A stretch of DNA of 64,000 nt from positions 241,184-305,183 of the forward strand of contig JBBIRK010000001.1 of assembly GCA_037441845.1 (NCBI GenBank), given 5' to 3'. Positions 33,057 through 43,009 of the stretch are shown here, piece after piece; position 1 is the stretch's first letter; the number at the start of each line of letters is the position of its first letter. The notes beneath the pieces are model-generated. The model had not been told where the DNA came from and did not search any database. It was given only the letters and a program-made list of their open reading frames with translations. The DNA is from Candidatus Zixiibacteriota bacterium. GTDB taxonomy: Bacteria > Zixibacteria > MSB-5A5 > UBA10806 > 4484-95. The translations under genes were made by a program, and so were the position numbers.

Positions 33057-33358
33057 TATAACTATAATATAAATTTGGCCTCTGTCAAGGATTTTACATG
33101 TTTAGGTCTATTATCGACAACCCTACTGCGGCTCGCTAAATCATGGAGTCAACAAGACCGTTTCAGCCGGCTTAAGTTTTGGGTTTTTGATTCGGGTCAC
33201 TTGCATCAAAGAAAGCAAATCCCCAATAAAACAACGCGCGGAATCGGCGATGATGATTTAATCACTTGATTACTCGACCCGACAGCTTGTACATTCGCCC
33301 GGTAACAACTTGAAACGAAAGGACTCGAAGATTGCTATGGTATTGATTCGGTATTGAC

Positions 33359-34560
33359 ATGGAAGGATCGCTCGTAGTCATTTTTATCGGCGCATTGGTA
33401 CTGCTGGCTCACGGTTTCGTGACGTTATCCTCGAAAACGCGAATACCCGACGTCCTGTTTCTCATCGTCATCGGGATTGCGGTCGGGCCCTAGTTGCATT
33501 TGGTGTCGCCCCGTGATTTCGGGCATGTCGGACAGATATTCACTATGATTGTCCTGGTGCTAATACTTTTCGAGGGTGGTCTCGAACTGCGGCTGAACGA
33601 TTTTATAAAATCGTTCCGCGACATTACATCTTGACCTTAATGAGCTATGTTGTAAGCGCCATATTGATTCTTCTGGTCATAATCTGGCTTTCCGATCTCA
33701 ATTTGATCGAATCATTCTATTTGGCCGCCGACTTGTCCGGGCCGGCGCCATCCGTCGCGATTCCCATAATCAGAAACCTTGACCTGAAACGTTTCGCTCG
33801 TGTCACGATAACCACCGAATCGGCGCTGGGCGAAACCCTTTCGATTCTTATGGCTTTGGCGATTCTCGACTGGTTGAGGTTGCCGAATGTGGATTATGGG
33901 AAAATGGTCGGGGCCTTATTTTCATCGTTCGCTTTGGCGCTTGCTATCGGTGCCGCCTGCGGGTTCTTGTGGTCATTGCTCTTGACCAAGGTGCGTCAGC
34001 TGAAAAACGCCATGTTCACCACGCCCGCCGTCGTCTTCATCGTGTATGGAGTCTGCGATTTCGTAGGCTACAGCGGACCGGTCGCCGCACTGGCTTTCGG
34101 CATAACCATAGGAAATGCGTCGTCAATTTCACTTCCGCAAATCTCACATAAAATAAATCTGAATCCGATTCATCTCAATGAGCCCGAAAAAATGTTTCTG
34201 GCGGAGATTGTATTCCTGGCCAAGACGTTTTTCTTCGTTTATTTGGGATTATCGCTTGAATTCACGTCGCCCAATTTACTGATTCTTGCAATCGCGCTGA
34301 CCGTGACCCTGCTATTTGCTCGGACACTTGCCGTCAGACTCTCAATCCGAAGACATATAATGCCAGCCGAGGATGCCGCCGTCGTTGCAGCGCTCGTACC
34401 TAAAGGTTTGGCCGCAGCCGTTCTGGCGATACTGTTTGCGGAATCAGCGCTTTATGAGGGTGAAACGGTTCAAAAATCATCTATGGCACCATAATGGTAA
34501 GTATCGTCGTTTCTTCAGCGATGATTTCAATCCTTCGCACCGCAGCCGGGTCCTCGCTCG
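33359..34560 (+). pseudogene. CPA1 (NhaP-like) cation:proton antiporter pseudogene
   Basis: From ATG 33359: MEGSLVVIFIGAL...RIPDVLFLIVIGIAVGP*(TAG 33491)LHL...ILFEGGLEL. Frameshift near 33630 into ORF 33631 (ESALG, FFFVYLG, PKGLAAAVL); further frameshift near 34475. Confidence 0.8.
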
Positions 34561-34681
34561 CGGAACTGATATTCAGGAAATTCGGAAGTGCCCGTGAGAA
34601 CGGGGAATATGAATGACCCCGTCATGAAAACGAAAGCACAAGCCATATAGCCTTGCGTTGAGAAAGTAAACAAACCGACTG

Positions 34682-34975
34682 CTTCTTCCGCCTCACCGCA
34701 GGACAAGAGGTCAAAATCGGCAAGGCGCTGCTGGTGAAATAGACTATCGGCGGCTGCACAATCGGCTTGACACAAAGGATAATGATTTTATATTCAGGAC
34801 AGAGGTCAGGTCATTACTCATGAGGGGCGCCATGGTCGGCCAAATCGGATTCGTAAGAGAAGTGTTTAGAACGACGCCCGATTATAGACTACCCCCCCAC
34901 GATCAGCAAGCTCGTTTGACATCTTAAATAAATCGCCTCCGCTGTTTCCTCCTCGGAAATCAATGGTTCATGGAA
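34682..34975 (+). repeat. 294-bp direct repeat, copy 1 (3' end of a CTD gene + promoter + leader)
   Basis: Matches 37725-38018 base for base by eye; begins with an orphan FFRLTAGQEVKIGKALLVK* coding tail. Confidence 0.95.
34767..34794 (+). promoter_or_regulatory. Sigma70-type promoter inside the repeat (second copy at 37810-37837)
   Basis: TTGACA-16 nt-TATATT. Confidence 0.6.
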
Positions 34976-35002
34976 CGACGACCAAAGGAGGAAGGAGAAA
35001 AT

Positions 35003-35422
35003 ATGTTTTACCGAACATTTCTTATGATGGTCATCCTGTCAGGAACGATAGTCATTTACCACAAGTCAGCCTACGGTCAATGCAAGTCCGCCGATTCGAT
35101 CGTGGCGCAAAATGATAATTACCTGCCAATTCAAAATAACAGTTTCGACCCCTGCGTTACTTGGCTGAAATGGGATGTCTGGTTTACCAGGAATGAAGTT
35201 GAGGGGAGAACCGTAATAACATTCGAGATCCATGGTCACTCGGATGTCTATGAGTCATACGATTCGGCCGAAATTCCGCCGGGCGACTACCACTTTGGGG
35301 AAACAAAATACATTGGTTCAAGCAATTCGGAGCGGCTGTATATGGGACGAAGCGGTGATAATGAGATCAGATTCATCAATATCAAAGGGAAAGCCGCCTT
35401 CTTCGCAATTCAGGGTGATTAA
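35003..35422 (+). CDS. Small secreted hypothetical protein (cassette 1)
   Basis: Strong RBS AGGAGGAAGGAG, signal peptide, weak similarity to 38041-38445. Confidence 0.75.
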   Translation: MFYRTFLMMVILSGTIVIYHKSAYGQCKSADSIVAQNDNYLPIQNNSFDPCVTWLKWDVWFTRNEVEGRTVITFEIHGHSDVYESYDSAEIPPGDYHFGETKYIGSSNSERLYMGRSGDNEIRFINIKGKAAFFAIQGD

Positions 35423-35427
35423 AGGTC

Positions 35428-37785
35428 ATGACAATGCCGTTGCAAATTATTAAACTCCTTAGCAATCCCAGTCGTGTTTTCTTCGGAATTTATTTCCGGC
35501 GGCCTCGATTCATTTCACTGGTTATTTCGCTGCTATGTAATGTTACAGCCGCTATTGCCCAGGGCAACGTTTGGCATTCGCTCGGTCCGCCGGGCGGTTC
35601 GATAATGGCGATCGCAATTCATCCTCAGAACAACCGGAATCTATTGGTCGGAACCGTAAATAATCCGCACGCATTCCATTCCGAAAATCAAGGCGAAAGT
35701 TGGAGCAGATTCAGGAATTACCCATGTTCGTTATCTGCGGCAAGAATAATAGTGCACCACCCATTTTCACCCGACACGGTTTTCATGGCATCACTCCACG
35801 GCATGTTTAGGTTGATCATCAGCCAGGACAGCTGGCAATTACTTGTTCCCCCCGGTTATCCTTACAACGAAATCCGGGCATTGGCGGTTCATCCTCGATT
35901 TCCGAACATCATATTCGCGGGCGGTCCGTTCGGCAACAAGTGGCGTTCCACCGATGGCGGCGTCAGTTGGACCGAACTCTATACCTCGGGCAGAACCATC
36001 GGTATCGATGACTTCGCTATCGATCCAATAAACGACAGCGTCGCCTATTTCGTCAGCGGTTCCATGATATACCGGCTGGGCGTATGGAAAACAACCGACT
36101 TGGGCCAATCCTGGTTCTGCATTCACAACAATATGGACACGCTCGGCTTCGGTGAAGCGGTAACCGTCGATCCGGTTGATCCGCAAACTGTATATGTCAC
36201 CAAGAACTCGATTCAATGGTCGGGAGTCGAATGCGTCTATAAATCGACCGATGGCGGCGCCAGCTGGAGGGGAATTACTCCTCAGCAATTGAATTATCGC
36301 GATGTCAACGATATCGATGTGTTACCCTCGGATCATAATCTTCTTTTCATATGCACGGCCAATGAGGGGGTATTCAAAAGCACCGATGGCGGCCAGAGCT
36401 GGAGGGCGGTGAATACTGGGCTGAATGTAACAACGACCAAGACGATCGAGATAGACACCGCTGGCGGCATAATCTATCTGGGAACCTATTACGACGGCAT
36501 TCATAAATCCACCGATTTTGGGGAAACCTGGCAGAAGATAAGTCAGAATATCAATCTTTCGGGTTTCCGGGATATTGCATTCCACCCCCAGGATTCAAGT
36601 CGCTTTTATATTTTGGGAATGGCCAGCTATCTTACGAATGATCTCGGTTTGAATTGGTCTCTTTTCGTTCCCGACGTCGGGCCGCTTCAATTTTTGACCG
36701 GTATCGAGATAAATAGAGCGGATCCGAACAACATCTACCTGAGCACTAGCGATATTTCCGAATATAGTCGGGTCGGGCATCCCGGTTTTTATTATTCGAG
36801 CGATTGCGGAATGACCTGGCAACGGCGGATAACCGGTTTACCGGTGGATTCGAGCTGTTTTAACCTGCGGATTTCTTACGCAGCGGATGGAGGACGGAGA
36901 TTATTTCTGTCCTCCATCAGAAACATCTATTTTTCGGATAATGAGGGTCTTACCTGGCAGAGATGCCCCGGTAGCCTGCCCACGGACCGGTTTTTTGAGA
37001 CAATAGAAGTGTCGAACGCCGATTACCGAATGGTCGCAACGGTGACATCCTACTGTTATCTATATCTTTCGACGGATAGAGGACAGAGTTGGAATCTGAT
37101 ATTTTTGCCATCCGGGACCGCCTATTTCAATGACTTGGCTATGGATCCACTCGATTCCAGGGTCATTTATCTGAGCGGCGATCCTTTCGGGCTCGTGAAA
37201 ACGACCGATCGGGGAGTAAGTTGGGATACTATCGCAACCGAACTACCGCATCTGAATTCTCGAGCAATTAATGCAATCACCATCAATCCCTTAAATAATC
37301 TAAACCTGTTCGTTACAAATTTCCCCTTCGGCGTGTTTGGATCCAATGACGGTGGTATTTCATGGTATGCATACAATGCAGGATTCGACACGAAAATTGG
37401 CGGAACTGTTATGACTTTTGTGCCCGGAGACACAACCACAATCATTCTTCCCTCGAGCAGTCAATCCGTCTGGTCCATCACCCGCACAGCCACATCGATC
37501 GACGACGATTCCAACCTCCCCGCGCAGATTACCCTCCACCCCAACTACCCCAACCCCTTCAACACCGCCACCACATTCGGCTTCTCGCTCCCAAGGGTGA
37601 TGTCGGTATCACTCGACATCTACGATATCCTCGGCCGCAAGGTGGTGCGCCTGTTCGAAGGGACAAGTTCACCAGGCGAACACTCGATCCGCTGGGATGC
37701 CTCAGGCATGTCATCAGGTATCTACTTCTTCCGCCTCACCGCAGGACAAGAGGTCAAAATCGGCAAGGCGCTGCTGGTGAAATAG
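35428..37785 (+). CDS. Secreted BNR/Asp-box (sortilin/YCF48-like) beta-propeller protein with T9SS-A-like CTD
   Basis: Many S.DGG.SW repeats; C-terminal NYPNPFN...IYDILGRKV...SSGIYF...K. Confidence 0.88.
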   Translation: MTMPLQIIKLLSNPSRVFFGIYFRRPRFISLVISLLCNVTAAIAQGNVWHSLGPPGGSIMAIAIHPQNNRNLLVGTVNNPHAFHSENQGESWSRFRNYPCSLSAARIIVHHPFSPDTVFMASLHGMFRLIISQDSWQLLVPPGYPYNEIRALAVHPRFPNIIFAGGPFGNKWRSTDGGVSWTELYTSGRTIGIDDFAIDPINDSVAYFVSGSMIYRLGVWKTTDLGQSWFCIHNNMDTLGFGEAVTVDPVDPQTVYVTKNSIQWSGVECVYKSTDGGASWRGITPQQLNYRDVNDIDVLPSDHNLLFICTANEGVFKSTDGGQSWRAVNTGLNVTTTKTIEIDTAGGIIYLGTYYDGIHKSTDFGETWQKISQNINLSGFRDIAFHPQDSSRFYILGMASYLTNDLGLNWSLFVPDVGPLQFLTGIEINRADPNNIYLSTSDISEYSRVGHPGFYYSSDCGMTWQRRITGLPVDSSCFNLRISYAADGGRRLFLSSIRNIYFSDNEGLTWQRCPGSLPTDRFFETIEVSNADYRMVATVTSYCYLYLSTDRGQSWNLIFLPSGTAYFNDLAMDPLDSRVIYLSGDPFGLVKTTDRGVSWDTIATELPHLNSRAINAITINPLNNLNLFVTNFPFGVFGSNDGGISWYAYNAGFDTKIGGTVMTFVPGDTTTIILPSSSQSVWSITRTATSIDDDSNLPAQITLHPNYPNPFNTATTFGFSLPRVMSVSLDIYDILGRKVVRLFEGTSSPGEHSIRWDASGMSSGIYFFRLTAGQEVKIGKALLVK

Positions 37786-38018
37786 ACTATCGGCGGCTGC
37801 ACAATCGGCTTGACACAAAGGATAATGATTTTATATTCAGGACAGAGGTCAGGTCATTACTCATGAGGGGCGCCATGGTCGGCCAAATCGGATTCGTAAG
37901 AGAAGTGTTTAGAACGACGCCCGATTATAGACTACCCCCCCACGATCAGCAAGCTCGTTTGACATCTTAAATAAATCGCCTCCGCTGTTTCCTCCTCGGA
38001 AATCAATGGTTCATGGAA
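37725..38018 (+). repeat. 294-bp direct repeat, copy 2
   Basis: Identical to 34682-34975, offset 3043 bp. Confidence 0.95.
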
Positions 38019-38040
38019 AACAATGCAATGGAGGAGAAAA

Positions 38041-38445
38041 ATGAGAATTCCACGATTTTTTCTGATTATCGCAACGGTGGCTGTGTTGTATATGCCGTTG
38101 TCAGGGCAACAGGTCGAGCATATGCCTCTGGAAGTGGAAAGCCAATACGAACTTCCAAAGATGACGGAGCAATACTCGCCGGTCGGTAATTGGTTTGATT
38201 GGACATTCGGATTTACCGTATTTTCAGACAATGATGCAACAATTAGTATTCAAGTAGTCCAATCAGACCTATTTCGAGAGATCCGTTCAAGGAGCTTTGG
38301 CCCTGGCCAATACACTATCACTGACAGAAACTTTACCGGCAACGGAATGGACCGTCTCAAGATCGGGATTGGGGTCGGTTCTTATCCAGAAGTATTTTCC
38401 GACATGAAGTTCGATGTCTATTATTTTTGCGACCAAGAGAAGTGA
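38041..38445 (+). CDS. Small secreted hypothetical protein (cassette 2)
   Basis: RBS GGAGGAG, signal peptide; shares PG.Y and (E/D)RL..G with the cassette 1 small protein. Confidence 0.75.
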   Translation: MRIPRFFLIIATVAVLYMPLSGQQVEHMPLEVESQYELPKMTEQYSPVGNWFDWTFGFTVFSDNDATISIQVVQSDLFREIRSRSFGPGQYTITDRNFTGNGMDRLKIGIGVGSYPEVFSDMKFDVYYFCDQEK

Positions 38446-38491
38446 GCTTAAACCTCCGTCTTATTTACGTTGGTGTTTAAGGAAGCAAGCA

Positions 38492-40786
38492 ATGCAAGAT
38501 TATAAATTATCAATTGCGGCTGTTGCCGTTATTGTCCTGGGAGGTTTATCGCCGCTTGCCGCCGACCCAAATAGTTGGGAAACGAACGGGCCGTTCAATG
38601 CGCGGGTCATCACGATCGAAATACACCCAAACAATAACCGGTTCATCTTTTCCGGCACGATCGAGGGAGGAGTGTATAAGAGTGAAAACGGCGGCTTAAG
38701 CTGGCAACATGTGGACGATTCGATTCTGGAGAAGACCACAAGAGTTATCAAGTTCCATCCCTGTGCGCCGGATACGGTATTCCTAACAACGGTAAGAGGA
38801 ATCTTCAGAAGCAACGATTGTGGTTTAACCTGGAGCAGGCTGGATCTGCCATTCGGAGACCAAAACGAATATACCAACTTCGCCATTAATCCTTTTAATC
38901 CGCAGATAATGATGGCAGGTTCGTGGGGATATATCCTCAAATCGACTGACGGCGGCAATTATTGGGACTTACTTGACATACCGTACCATATCGAGGATAT
39001 GGAATTCGATCCATTCGATTCCAACACGGTATATGCGGCCACGCATGCCGCTGCTACCGGGAAATCGGTAATTAAAAGCACGGATTTGGGAGTGACTTGG
39101 CAGATCATAGGCGGCAATCTCGATAGCATATCTTATTCGACTGACCTGGACGTCGATCCTTATCGTCCCGGATGGTTATATTTATCGAGATCGGCTTCCA
39201 ATCCTTCATATATAAGATGCGTTTCCAAGACCACAAACGGCGGCGCCTATTGGATCGATATCACCCCGCCGGGGTTGACCCACGGCGATGCTGTCAGCAT
39301 CACCATTTCTCACTCCGATAGTAACACGATCTATTTATGCACTAATGGAGATGGCCTTTTCAGAAGCCGAGATGGGGGATTAAGCTGGGCAAGAATAAAC
39401 GAGGGACTTTATGGGAATAGGTTTGCCTGCGTGGTGGAAGATACGGTTTCCGACCTTTTGTATTTGGGAACGTACTTTGAGGGAATTTATCGTTCGACCG
39501 ACGGCGGCGACAGCTGGGAGAAGATTAGCCAGGGAATCAACCAGACCGATTGTACCAGCATGGCGATCAATAGCCGGAACAACGATTCTGTTTACGTGGC
39601 TACTTTAGCGGGACTGTATTTTTCTTCCGACGGCTGCCAAAATTGGCGATTTATCGATCCCCGACCAACCGGCTTATATGTCATCCCGACTTGTCTTTTG
39701 ATCGATAAATACCACCCCGAGGTGATCTTCGTCGGCTATTCCGGTTATGATTTCCTTGGCAGAGGCGGGATCATCAAGTCAACAAACGGCGGGACTACAT
39801 GGTTATCGGTTTCCCATGGCCTTCCAATCAATGTCTCGGCGATTAAGCTGGTTCCGATATACGAGGGGTTTTCCCTGCGTTATCTACTTATGGCCGCTTC
39901 CCATGGACTGTTTAAATCTGATAGTCAAGGAGACAATTGGGGACAATTGCCCACACCATTCCCGGAAAACTTCTTTATCGACCGGTTCGAGGTAAGCCAG
40001 GTTAATAGCGAATTAATGTTTGCAATTGTGTCAACTTATACGGAGGGAACTATTGGTTATCGTTCGACCGATGGCGGAGCCAGCTGGCAGCGGCTGACAA
40101 ACTATCCGGCCGGCGGCCGGCCCCTTGATTTCGTGTGTGACCCTGTTGATCCAAATATCGTCTATGCCAACTGGGGAATCGGCTTGGGAATATTCAGATC
40201 GACAGATAGAGGTGAGAGTTGGACCGATATTAATAACAACCTGCCGCGCCATCCCAGGTTTTACTATGTATCCGGGATAGCGGTGAACTCCCTTAATCCG
40301 CAGAATATAATAGCTGTCTCATTTGAACGGGGGTTTTACTTTTCCAATGATTGTGGTCAGAGCTGGCAGGAGTTGAACGAAGGATTAAGTCCTTATATTG
40401 GAATAACCGAGGCGATGTTCGCCCCGAACGACACGACGAAAATCTATCTTTTCACCCACGGCTTTTCCGTCTGGTCAATCACCCGCACGACCACATCGAT
40501 CGACGACGATTCCAGCCTCCCAAAACATATCACCCTCCACCCCAACTATCCCAATCCCTTCAATACCACCACCGTTATCGGCTTCTCGCTCCCCAAGGCG
40601 ATGCCGGTTTCACTCGATATCTACGATATCCTCGGCCGCAAGGTGGTGCGCTTGTTCGAGGGGACAAGTTCACCCGGCGAACACTCGATCCCTTGGGATG
40701 CCTCAGGCATGTCATCAGGTATCTACTTCTATCGCCTCACCGCAGGGGATGACGTCAGAGTAGGCCAGGCGTTGCTGATGAAATAA
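38492..40786 (+). CDS. Secreted BNR/Asp-box beta-propeller protein with T9SS-A-like CTD (paralog of 35428-37785)
   Basis: S.DGG..W repeats, signal peptide from ATG 38492, NYPNPFN CTD. Confidence 0.88.
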   Translation: MQDYKLSIAAVAVIVLGGLSPLAADPNSWETNGPFNARVITIEIHPNNNRFIFSGTIEGGVYKSENGGLSWQHVDDSILEKTTRVIKFHPCAPDTVFLTTVRGIFRSNDCGLTWSRLDLPFGDQNEYTNFAINPFNPQIMMAGSWGYILKSTDGGNYWDLLDIPYHIEDMEFDPFDSNTVYAATHAAATGKSVIKSTDLGVTWQIIGGNLDSISYSTDLDVDPYRPGWLYLSRSASNPSYIRCVSKTTNGGAYWIDITPPGLTHGDAVSITISHSDSNTIYLCTNGDGLFRSRDGGLSWARINEGLYGNRFACVVEDTVSDLLYLGTYFEGIYRSTDGGDSWEKISQGINQTDCTSMAINSRNNDSVYVATLAGLYFSSDGCQNWRFIDPRPTGLYVIPTCLLIDKYHPEVIFVGYSGYDFLGRGGIIKSTNGGTTWLSVSHGLPINVSAIKLVPIYEGFSLRYLLMAASHGLFKSDSQGDNWGQLPTPFPENFFIDRFEVSQVNSELMFAIVSTYTEGTIGYRSTDGGASWQRLTNYPAGGRPLDFVCDPVDPNIVYANWGIGLGIFRSTDRGESWTDINNNLPRHPRFYYVSGIAVNSLNPQNIIAVSFERGFYFSNDCGQSWQELNEGLSPYIGITEAMFAPNDTTKIYLFTHGFSVWSITRTTTSIDDDSSLPKHITLHPNYPNPFNTTTVIGFSLPKAMPVSLDIYDILGRKVVRLFEGTSSPGEHSIPWDASGMSSGIYFYRLTAGDDVRVGQALLMK

Positions 40787-40836
40787 GTTAACTATTTCCG
40801 TGCGGTAGCTTTCGTTCCTGACTCAACCGGCATGCT

Positions 40837-42180
40837 CTACTTTTCCGGATAACCATGATATAAATCCAGCAGCTCGAATCTGGCGAAATCTTTAACGAAC
40901 GCAAGATTTATAATGCCGGTCGGGCCGTTGCGCTGTTTGCCGATTATTATTTCGGCCTCGCTGCCCAATTGTCCTTCATCGTTTCGCGGACGATGAATAA
41001 AAATAACGACGTCCGCATCCTGTTCGATCGCGCCCGATTCCCGCAGATCCGACAATTGCGGGCGGGCGTCTTTGCCGCGCAGCTCCACCTGACGCGAAAG
41101 CTGCGACAGAGCGATGACCGGCACTTTCAATTCGCGCGCCAGTGCTTTGAGCGATCGAGAGATGTATGAGATTTCCTGCTGGCGGTTTTCGACGTTTTGC
41201 GGCCCCTTTATTAATTGGAGATAATCGACAATTATCAGTGCAATGTCGTGGTGTGCCTTAAGGCGACGCGCCTTTGCCCGCATTTCAAGCATGGTGATGC
41301 TCGGCGAGTCATCGATATAAATCGGCGATTCGGATAACGGCCCGACCGCATGAGCAAGTTCGCGCCATTGCTCGTCGGTGAGCCGGCCGTTGCGCATGTG
41401 ATGCGATGAAACCCGCGCCCGGCTGCATAAAAGTCTTTGGGCCAGCTGCTCCTTCGACATCTCGAGCGAAAATACCACCACCGGCTGTTTTTTCTCCACC
41501 GCCGCATATTCGGCGATATTCATGCTGAACGCCGTCTTGCCCACCGAGGGGCGGCTGGCTATAACGATAAGATCCGACTTCTGAAATCCGGAAGTGAGTT
41601 TATCGAGTTCGTCGAACCCCGACGGCAGACCGGTCACGAAACCTTCACGCTGCGTCAAATTCTCGATCATGTGGAAAGTTTCCGTCAGGATTTCGCCGAT
41701 CGGCGTGAAAGCTCCCTTGAGCTTTTCTTCTTTGATCGCGAAAATCTCCTGCTCGGCCGAATCGAGCAGATCATCGACATTACGGTTGGGCTCATAAGCC
41801 CGGCTCAAAATCGACGAGGCGGCCTCTATCAATCGCTGCAGGGTCGACTTATCGAGAACAATTTTGGCATGATGTTGTACATTCGCGATACTCGGTGTCG
41901 CCTCGGTAAGTTCCGCCAGATAGGCGCGGCCGCCCACCTCCTCGAGCTGTCCGCGGCGGCTAAGTTCATCGGCCACCGTCACTATATCAGCCGGCTCGTT
42001 TCTGTCGAACATATCCACCATCGCCCGAAATATCTTGCGATGAGCGGATTTGTAGAAATTGCTTTCCCCGACAATCTCGATCGCCGCATCGACCGCTTCC
42101 TTGGAAAGCAGCATCGCCCCCAGCACCGCCTGTTCGGCCTCAATAGATTGCGGCGGTATCTTTGCAGTTTGATCGGTCAT
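40837..42180 (-). CDS. dnaB: Replicative DNA helicase DnaB
   Basis: PPQSIEAEQAVLG, ASRPSVGKT, DYLQL, SDLRESGAIEQDAD, KQRNGPTG. Confidence 0.98.
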   Translation of the reverse strand: MTDQTAKIPPQSIEAEQAVLGAMLLSKEAVDAAIEIVGESNFYKSAHRKIFRAMVDMFDRNEPADIVTVADELSRRGQLEEVGGRAYLAELTEATPSIANVQHHAKIVLDKSTLQRLIEAASSILSRAYEPNRNVDDLLDSAEQEIFAIKEEKLKGAFTPIGEILTETFHMIENLTQREGFVTGLPSGFDELDKLTSGFQKSDLIVIASRPSVGKTAFSMNIAEYAAVEKKQPVVVFSLEMSKEQLAQRLLCSRARVSSHHMRNGRLTDEQWRELAHAVGPLSESPIYIDDSPSITMLEMRAKARRLKAHHDIALIIVDYLQLIKGPQNVENRQQEISYISRSLKALARELKVPVIALSQLSRQVELRGKDARPQLSDLRESGAIEQDADVVIFIHRPRNDEGQLGSEAEIIIGKQRNGPTGIINLAFVKDFARFELLDLYHGYPEK

Positions 42181-42899
42181 TTGGATTTCAACTCCTTGAG
42201 CCGCGATAACAGCTTCTGCATATCCTCCCAAAAAGGCCGCTTGTAATCAGGCGTTCGAAGCAACGCCGCCGGATGATAGGTGACTATCAGCGGCGTGCCT
42301 TGCAGACTGAACCAGCGCTCCCGCATCTGCCCCAGTGTCATATTGGTGCGCAGCAACCTCTGAGCGGCGATTCGGCCGAGGCTGCAGATGATTTTGGGTT
42401 TAATCAACGCTATTTGGTGTAAAAGATATACTTCGCAGGTTTCCGCTTCTTCGGGGAGAGGGTCACGATTCTCCGGCGGGCGACATTTCAGTATATTGGC
42501 GATATAAACATCCTCGCGCCTTAAACCCATCGCCGCCAGCGCGCGGGTGAAAAGCTGACCGGCCCGCCCAACGAACGGTTCGCCTTTCATATCTTCCTCA
42601 TGACCCGGCGCTTCGCCTATGAACATTATCTCGGCATGCGGATTGCCCACGCCGAAAACGAATCGGTGGCGAGTGGCGCCGAGCGGACACATCCGGCAAT
42701 CTTTGATTGTATCATAAAGCTGCTCGAGCGTTTCCGTCTTGGCGAAATCCTCGATAGCCAGAGGTTCGACAGCAACCGGCCTATTTTCCGCGATCTTCTT
42801 TTCTGCCCGATTGTCAAAAGGAAGATATATGGTCTTTTCGCCGGCTTCAAGCTTCCGCTTGAGATAATTTCTGAAAAAACGGTTCTTATCGAATGTCAT
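42177..42899 (-). CDS. Family 4 uracil-DNA glycosylase
   Basis: C..C.L, GEAPG..ED..G.PFVG, NILKCRPP.NR.P, TYHPAALLR. Confidence 0.95.
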   Translation of the reverse strand: MTFDKNRFFRNYLKRKLEAGEKTIYLPFDNRAEKKIAENRPVAVEPLAIEDFAKTETLEQLYDTIKDCRMCPLGATRHRFVFGVGNPHAEIMFIGEAPGHEEDMKGEPFVGRAGQLFTRALAAMGLRREDVYIANILKCRPPENRDPLPEEAETCEVYLLHQIALIKPKIICSLGRIAAQRLLRTNMTLGQMRERWFSLQGTPLIVTYHPAALLRTPDYKRPFWEDMQKLLSRLKELKSK

Positions 42900-43009
42900 G
42901 ATCTTTTCGGATCCCATCGGAAATGGAATTCAAATTGCTGTTGTCATTTTATTCCGAACTTGTTTCGGCATCCAGGATTCATTGCGAAATAATCACATTG
43001 CTTTGTTCT

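Noticed and set aside
34682..38018. IS element, integron or DGR explanation for the 294-bp repeat
   Set aside because: No transposase, integrase or reverse transcriptase in the window, no terminal inverted repeats, no convincing attC core sites, and the copies are identical (no adenine-specific variation)
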